Shown piece after piece: positions 7,750 through 12,660 of a stretch of DNA of 12,660 nt. The notes beneath the pieces were generated by a model. The model was not told where the DNA came from and made no database searches. It was given only the letters and a program-made list of their open reading frames with translations. The translations under genes and the position numbers were made by a program. Each line of letters begins with the position of its first letter. Position 1 is the stretch's first letter. Source of the stretch: Abditibacteriaceae bacterium (GTDB lineage Bacteria; Armatimonadota; Abditibacteriia; Abditibacteriales; Abditibacteriaceae); assembly GCA_031372065.1 (NCBI GenBank), contig JANMKN010000074.1:1-12660 (forward strand), written 5' to 3'.

Positions 7750-8517
7750 ATGCGTTTGAAAAAAGACAAATTTGCCCCGTTGTGGGGCGCAGCGGGCTTA
7801 TGTGGCCTGATTTTATCGGGTTGCGGCCCCAAAGAAGAGGTTGTCGCTGTGCCACAAGACAAAGTCATAGTCAACAACCCGACGCAAGAGCCGGGCAAAA
7901 TCATCGTTAAAAACAAGCCGCCCGAAGTTATCGTGAATGGCGGCAAACCGGCGCCGGATAAAACGATGGACGATAAAAAATCCGATGCCAAAAAAGACGA
8001 TAAAATGACCTCGGATAAAGGGCCGGATAAAATGTCGAACACGCCGCCTGTGCGCGTGGAAAACAAAATGCCAGCAGGCGATAAAATGGCGACGCCAGCC
8101 AAAAAAATGGACAAGCCTGTCAAAAAAGAGGCAAATCTGCCCGAACCGGCAACGGGGTCTAAAAAGTTGATAGCGATTCCGAAAAATGCCACGCGCCTGA
8201 TTGTGGAAGACATCAAAGTCGGCAGCGGCAAGAGCGCTGCGCCGGGCGACAGTGTCACGGTGGAATACACCGGCACACTGACCGATGGCAGCGTCTTCGA
8301 TTCCAATGCGGGGTCGGGCGAGGGTTTTCCGCTTGTGCTGGGCGGCGGACAGGTTATCAAAGGTTGGGACAACGGTCTGGTCGGCATGAAAGTTGGCGGC
8401 AAGCGGCGGCTTATTATTCCGCCCGATATGGGCTACGGCGATCAAGCGGCGCCCGGCGGCAAAATTCCACCCGGCTCAACTTTGGTTTTTACTGTTGAAC
8501 TAAAAGACGTGCAGTAA
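7750..8517 (+). CDS. FKBP-type peptidyl-prolyl isomerase lipoprotein with Lys/Asp/Met/Pro-rich linker
   Basis: Lipobox-like ILSG-C. C-terminal FKBP domain: VEYTGTL.DGSVFDS, GQVIKGWD, IPPDMGYG, IPPGSTLVFTVEL. AAGGA RBS. Confidence 0.93.
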   Translation: MRLKKDKFAPLWGAAGLCGLILSGCGPKEEVVAVPQDKVIVNNPTQEPGKIIVKNKPPEVIVNGGKPAPDKTMDDKKSDAKKDDKMTSDKGPDKMSNTPPVRVENKMPAGDKMATPAKKMDKPVKKEANLPEPATGSKKLIAIPKNATRLIVEDIKVGSGKSAAPGDSVTVEYTGTLTDGSVFDSNAGSGEGFPLVLGGGQVIKGWDNGLVGMKVGGKRRLIIPPDMGYGDQAAPGGKIPPGSTLVFTVELKDVQ

Positions 8518-8526
8518 GCACTCAAC

Positions 8527-8561
8527 AAAAAGGCGCAGAGAATTTTCTCTGCGCCTTTTTT
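8527..8561. terminator. Bidirectional intrinsic terminator
   Basis: aaaaaggcgcagag-aatttt-ctctgcgcctttttt between the convergent FKBP and hypothetical genes. Confidence 0.9.
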
Positions 8562-8574
8562 ATTGAGGATGTTT

Positions 8575-8982
8575 TCACTCCACGACGATTTTGCCGGTTT
8601 TATCTTTGTGCGCCGTCGTCAGCGGTAGACGGCTATCCGGCAAGCTGGCAGCGGTGCCGCCTTTGGCGGATTGGCCTTTGCGAATAACTGGCGCCGTGCG
8701 TGTTCCGGGTGGCAAAATCCGCGTCGGGCGCGCGGCGCCGGGTTTTTTGAAAATCGAAGCCTCGTCAGGCGTTTTTGCGTGCGGATTTTCTTGAGGCACA
8801 TGGCGCACCATAACGCCCGGATGGGAGCCGGGAACAAAGCCTTCTGCCGCGATTTTCGCGGTTTGCGGCGCGCTTTTTTCGCTTTGGGAGGCGTTTTTCT
8901 GGCCGGAGGCATACAAAAGGCCCGCGCCGATGCTCAAAGCGGCGAATGCGGCAATCAAAAGGGGTTTTAAATTCTGTTTCAT
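8575..8982 (-). CDS. Small exported or membrane-anchored hypothetical protein
   Basis: AGGAA before ATG 8982, basic N-terminus plus hydrophobic stretch (MKQNLKPLLIAAFAALSIGAGLLYA), stop next to the terminator. Confidence 0.7.
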   Translation of the reverse strand: MKQNLKPLLIAAFAALSIGAGLLYASGQKNASQSEKSAPQTAKIAAEGFVPGSHPGVMVRHVPQENPHAKTPDEASIFKKPGAARPTRILPPGTRTAPVIRKGQSAKGGTAASLPDSRLPLTTAHKDKTGKIVVE

Positions 8983-9152
8983 AACGACGTTCCTGACCTT
9001 GCTGGGAAAACCTCGTGCGCTTAGTTTGACACCATTGCCAAACGCAACGCAAAACGCGATTTGTGTGACACACGTTTGGCAAGCGCGGCTGGTTTCGGTA
9101 TCGTTTTTAGCAGACAATAGTTTATCTTGCATTGTTCCTTTGCCTGCGCGCC

Positions 9153-10058
9153 ATGACAGCCAACGCGTCCTCACTTCATCATTCTTTTGGTCAGGAGTTT
9201 TATCCTTACGAATCCATTCGCGCCTTGCGTTTGGCCGATAAAGCGCGTCTGACTGACCGGCGCGAATTAATTGAGCGCATCTGCGGCGATTTGCCACAAG
9301 GCAGCGCGGGAACGCGTCGGCGCGTCGCCGAAAAATTGGTGCAGCGTTATTTTAGCAGCACGCGCCGCGCCATCACGCCCGCGCCGCAATATCAGCCTTT
9401 TGTGCGCCTTGTGGCGCGCGGGCGTCACACGCCGGGCCAAATCGAATTGCTTTATTGGCGACTCGCGCAAGTGGACACTGTGGTCGGCGCTTTAGCGCGC
9501 GAACTGTTTTATCCGGTTTGCATCGCCTCGCGCCCGCCCGATGGCTTTTCCTGCGCCGCTTTTGCCGCCCGTAACGGCGCGCAGCTTTTTGGCATGGGCA
9601 TTTTTGAATCGGCAGACATCACGCCACAAATCACACGCGCCTTTTTGCACGACTACGCCCGTGACCACTGGCATTTTTCCAATGCGCCCAGCCTTGACCG
9701 CGCTTTGCGCATTTTGCAGTCTGCCGGACTTATTGCCCGCGAACGCATGAGTGGCTTGCGAGGTCGCCCGCCCTCGTATCGCCTCAGCAATCATGATGTT
9801 TCGCTGACGGCATTTGTTTGGGCGCTTTACGACGAGTTTTTGCCGCACGCCCAAACCGGCGGCGTTTCTTTGGCGCCCGGCGTTTTGGCTGTTGCGGATT
9901 TCGCGAAGACTTTTCTTTTAACGCCCTCTCAAGTCGAAGCGCACTGCGAAGCCGCGCGCCGCCATCAGTTTTTAGCCGCCTCATCGAACGGCGCCTTGCG
10001 CCTGACTTTTGGCAATCTCGACGCTTTGGCCGATGCCCTTTTAAACCGCGCCTTATGA
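9153..10058 (+). CDS. Hypothetical helical protein resembling BrxA (DUF1819)
   Basis: Segments LPQGSAGTRRRVAEKLVQRY, QIELLYWRL..D.VVGALARELF, ITRAFL..Y...W, RALRILQSAGLI and AFVWALY resemble the BrxA/DUF1819 motif order, judged from memory. The stop overlaps the next ATG (ATGA). Confidence 0.6.
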   Translation: MTANASSLHHSFGQEFYPYESIRALRLADKARLTDRRELIERICGDLPQGSAGTRRRVAEKLVQRYFSSTRRAITPAPQYQPFVRLVARGRHTPGQIELLYWRLAQVDTVVGALARELFYPVCIASRPPDGFSCAAFAARNGAQLFGMGIFESADITPQITRAFLHDYARDHWHFSNAPSLDRALRILQSAGLIARERMSGLRGRPPSYRLSNHDVSLTAFVWALYDEFLPHAQTGGVSLAPGVLAVADFAKTFLLTPSQVEAHCEAARRHQFLAASSNGALRLTFGNLDALADALLNRAL

Positions 10059-12208
10059 AACTTTTATTCGCCGCCTTACTTGGCATTCTAACGATGGGCC
10101 ATGCCGCCCAAACGCCGAATTCCTCTTCGTGGAAACGCTTCACCATCATGGTGTGGCAATACAAAACGCCCGCGCCGTCGCCCGAAGCGGCGCAGCTTTA
10201 CAAGAACCTGAATTTGCATGGCCTTCATCTGGACAATGGTTTTTCGGATGAGCTTTTCGATTTCGCCAAGGACAACAATTTTTCGTATTACGTTGATCAT
10301 GCGGCGGGCAAAGGCGATTTGTATTTAAAGCCGGAGGAATGGAATGCGTTCGCCAAGAAATACCGTGACGAACGTGCCTTTCCCGTTCGTCCGCGCAGCA
10401 TTTGGGACGGCGAAGTGCGCCAGCGATTGGGTGGAAATCTGCGCGATAACATCGTGCGCGCCAAAAACGGTCCGGTTTTGGCGTATGCGTTCGACGATGA
10501 AATCTCGCTGACATCGTTCACCGCGCCCGCCGATGTGGATTGGTCGCCCGAAGGTCTAAAGCGCTTCCGCGCGTGGCTCCAAACCGAGTATCAAACACTC
10601 GATAACCTCAATGCGCAATGGAACAGCAAATTTGGGAATTGGGATGACGCGACTCCAAAAGGCGTGGACGAGTTGCGCGCACTCCACTCGCAGCCTTTTT
10701 CAAATTGGAATCTGTCACCGTGGCTCGATCATCGGCGTTTTATGAACGAAGAATGGGCGGCATTGCTCGGTGATTTGACGAAACAAGCCAACAAATTAGA
10801 CCCCAAAACGCCCGCCGGATTTGTGGGAGGCCAAGCACCATCCACTTATGGCGGCTTCGATTACGCGCTACTTTCCGATGCGGTGCAGTGGATGGAAGCC
10901 TACGACATCGGCGGCACCAACGAAATTCTACGCTCCTTTTGGGGACAAGCAAAACCGCACGTTCAAACTTATTTTCTCACCGAAAACTTGGCGCAAGATA
11001 AATGGTTCCTTTGGTATTACTTGGTGCATGGCAACAAAGGCGTTATCGCGTGGCCCGATACCGATAAAGGCCCGTGGTTTAGCGATGGCGGCGTCCGCGA
11101 CAGCGTAAAAAAATTGGCGCCTACTTTCGCCGAAGTGCAAAGCCCACTTAGCGAAATTTTCGCGGACGCCACGTTCTCGCACGATGGCATCGGCGTGTAT
11201 TATTCGCAGCCGAGCATCGCAGTTTCGTGGTTCATGGACATTGCGCCGCATGGTCGCACTTGGCCTAATCGCAGTTCTTCGATGAACAACGACAACGCCA
11301 GTGATTTACTTAATCGCGTGGCGTGGACAAAGTTGCTCGAAGATTCCGGCTTGCAATATAACTTCGTGTCTTATCGCGCTGTTTTGCAGCAAGGCGCCGC
11401 TGCGCTGAAAAATTATCGCGTGCTTATATTGCCGCGCACCTTGGCCCTTTCGCAGGGCGAAGCCGATGCCATTCGCCAATGGACAGAGCAGGGCGGCATA
11501 CTCATCGCCGACTATTTGCCGGGCACTTTCGATGAACACGGAAAAGGCCGCGCTATCGGGGTTTTGGATGATGTTTTTGGCGTCGAGCGCGATAGCACTG
11601 CCGGAGTGCTGAATGCAAAATCTATCGCCGAAGTAGACGCCGAAAAATATCAGCAGCCACTGGCCGAGCGCTTTTCCTACGACGGCGCGCGGCGCGATGC
11701 AGAAAATTTTGTGCTTTACGAGCGCGCTTTGCATCCGATAAAGGGCGCGAAAGCCACACAAACCATTGAAGGTGCCACGTGCGACATAGAAAATCAATTC
11801 GGTAAAGGCACAGCACACTATTTGAATTGGTCGCCACTGCCGTATTTATTAACGCGTCACAATGCCGAAGGCGCGCTTTATCGCCGACGCTTAAATTTGC
11901 CTGTGAAACCACGCGTGGAAATCTCCAGCGACAACCGCGCTTTGCCACTCTGCGAACGCTTATTCTGGGACAAAGACGACAAACATTATTTATGCTTAGT
12001 GATGAATCCAACCCGCGCCGCCAAAATAGATGGCGCCGGAAATCTGGGCAGCGAAGTGACAAATAACGTGTTGGAAATCAATCTGCAATTCCGCGACGCG
12101 ATTAAAAATCTCAAAAACGAGCGCACAGGCCGCGTGTTGAGCGATGGAAACGCCTTTGCGGACACATGGAACGCTTGCGAGGCTAATATTTACTCGTTCA
12201 CCAGATAA
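10055..12208 (+). CDS. Secreted GH42-like glycoside hydrolase with beta-galactosidase trimerisation (GATase-like) domain
   Basis: Signal peptide MKLLFAALLGILTMGHAA, AYAFDDE acid/base-like motif, FRAWLQTEYQTLDNLNAQWNS, WLDHRRF, and trimerisation domain YRVLILP..LALS..EADAIRQW..QGGILIAD..PGTFDEHG. Confidence 0.85.
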   Translation: MKLLFAALLGILTMGHAAQTPNSSSWKRFTIMVWQYKTPAPSPEAAQLYKNLNLHGLHLDNGFSDELFDFAKDNNFSYYVDHAAGKGDLYLKPEEWNAFAKKYRDERAFPVRPRSIWDGEVRQRLGGNLRDNIVRAKNGPVLAYAFDDEISLTSFTAPADVDWSPEGLKRFRAWLQTEYQTLDNLNAQWNSKFGNWDDATPKGVDELRALHSQPFSNWNLSPWLDHRRFMNEEWAALLGDLTKQANKLDPKTPAGFVGGQAPSTYGGFDYALLSDAVQWMEAYDIGGTNEILRSFWGQAKPHVQTYFLTENLAQDKWFLWYYLVHGNKGVIAWPDTDKGPWFSDGGVRDSVKKLAPTFAEVQSPLSEIFADATFSHDGIGVYYSQPSIAVSWFMDIAPHGRTWPNRSSSMNNDNASDLLNRVAWTKLLEDSGLQYNFVSYRAVLQQGAAALKNYRVLILPRTLALSQGEADAIRQWTEQGGILIADYLPGTFDEHGKGRAIGVLDDVFGVERDSTAGVLNAKSIAEVDAEKYQQPLAERFSYDGARRDAENFVLYERALHPIKGAKATQTIEGATCDIENQFGKGTAHYLNWSPLPYLLTRHNAEGALYRRRLNLPVKPRVEISSDNRALPLCERLFWDKDDKHYLCLVMNPTRAAKIDGAGNLGSEVTNNVLEINLQFRDAIKNLKNERTGRVLSDGNAFADTWNACEANIYSFTR

Positions 12209-12433
12209 AAATACTCGTGAACGAGTGAATTTTGCTCGCTCACGAGTGAATTTTGCTCGCTCACGAGTGAATTTTGCTCGCTCACGAGTGAATTTTGCTC
12301 GCTCACGAGTATTTTTTGCTCGTTCACGAGTGAATTTTGCTCGCTCACGAGTGAATTTTGCTCGTCAACGAGTGAATTTTGCTCGTCAACGAGTGAATTT
12401 TGCTCGTTAATGAATAAAAAATACTCGTGAACG
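12200..12433. repeat. 21-bp tandem array (11 in-register units) of self-complementary unit ACGAGTGAATTTTGCTCGCTC
   Basis: Core units start at 12221, 12242, 12263, 12284, 12305, 12326, 12347, 12368 and 12389. Variant units at 12200 and 12410 both end atactcgtga, exactly 210 bp apart. Confidence 0.95.
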
Positions 12434-12448
12434 CATGGAAAATATAGG

Positions 12449-12660
12449 AGCGGGGATTGTTATCAATGACATGGAGTTAGTGGGAAGGCGCTGGAAAGAG
12501 CGACTGCGTCACTCGCACCCCTCACCCTAACACCCACCCGCTAAAGCGGGTTCCCGGCCCCCGAACGCTTCGCTGGGGAGAGGGGATGAAACGCCAACGC
12601 TGCGGCCCTTCGCCAATGAGACAATGGCGCAAAGTGGCAATTTAGTTCCCTCTCCCCAGC
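12449..12660. repeat. Second, degenerate member of the palindromic repeat family (truncated by the window end)
   Basis: 12449-12482 (agcggggattgttatcaatgacatggagttagtg) matches 489-522 with 6 differences. It is followed by a cccctcaccctaa...ggggagagggga hairpin module (12518-12586) and tccctctccccagc at 12647-12660. Confidence 0.75.

Noticed and set aside
7701..8445. Long antisense ORFs opposite FKBP, and similar shadow ORFs over ctpA, SPFH and GH42
   Set aside because: They are antisense or alternative-frame shadows of well-supported genes and have no recognisable motifs.
9818..10054. N-terminal extensions in the ORF track (starts at 9818, 9297, 5266, 3505, 2020)
   Set aside because: They overlap neighbouring genes, promoters or terminators. 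Downstream ATGs with signal peptides or SD sites fit better.
12144..12410. 88-aa RVNFARS-repeat ORF, and the minus-strand heptad frame (SEQNSLV)n
   Set aside because: The plus ORF overlaps the glycosidase gene out of frame and is open only because the unit is 21 bp. The minus heptad frame has an in-frame TAA just upstream and no ATG or SD.
12200..12433. CRISPR array
   Set aside because: Units abut directly with no unique spacers, and there are no cas genes in the window.

Overview
Bacterial chromosomal window of roughly 55% GC (my estimate); the gene style suggests Abditibacteriota/Armatimonadota, which is inference only. In order: the 3' part of a hypothetical CDS; a ~340-bp nested palindromic repeat element; tRNA-His(GUG); three minus-strand genes (ATP-grasp R2K/DUF4343-type protein, S41 C-terminal protease, coiled-coil M23 peptidase). 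A divergent sigma70-like promoter drives a yybP-ykoY (Mn2+) riboswitch with an overlapping terminator, two possible micro-ORFs, two paralogous SPFH/prohibitin genes and a lipoprotein FKBP. Then come a small exported hypothetical protein, a BrxA/DUF1819-like orphan gene overlapping a secreted GH42-like glycosidase gene, a 21-bp self-complementary tandem array, and a second member of the palindromic repeat family at the right edge. The most notable items are the Mn-riboswitch-controlled SPFH pair, the nested repeat element family, the 21-bp dyad array and the orphan BrxA-like gene.
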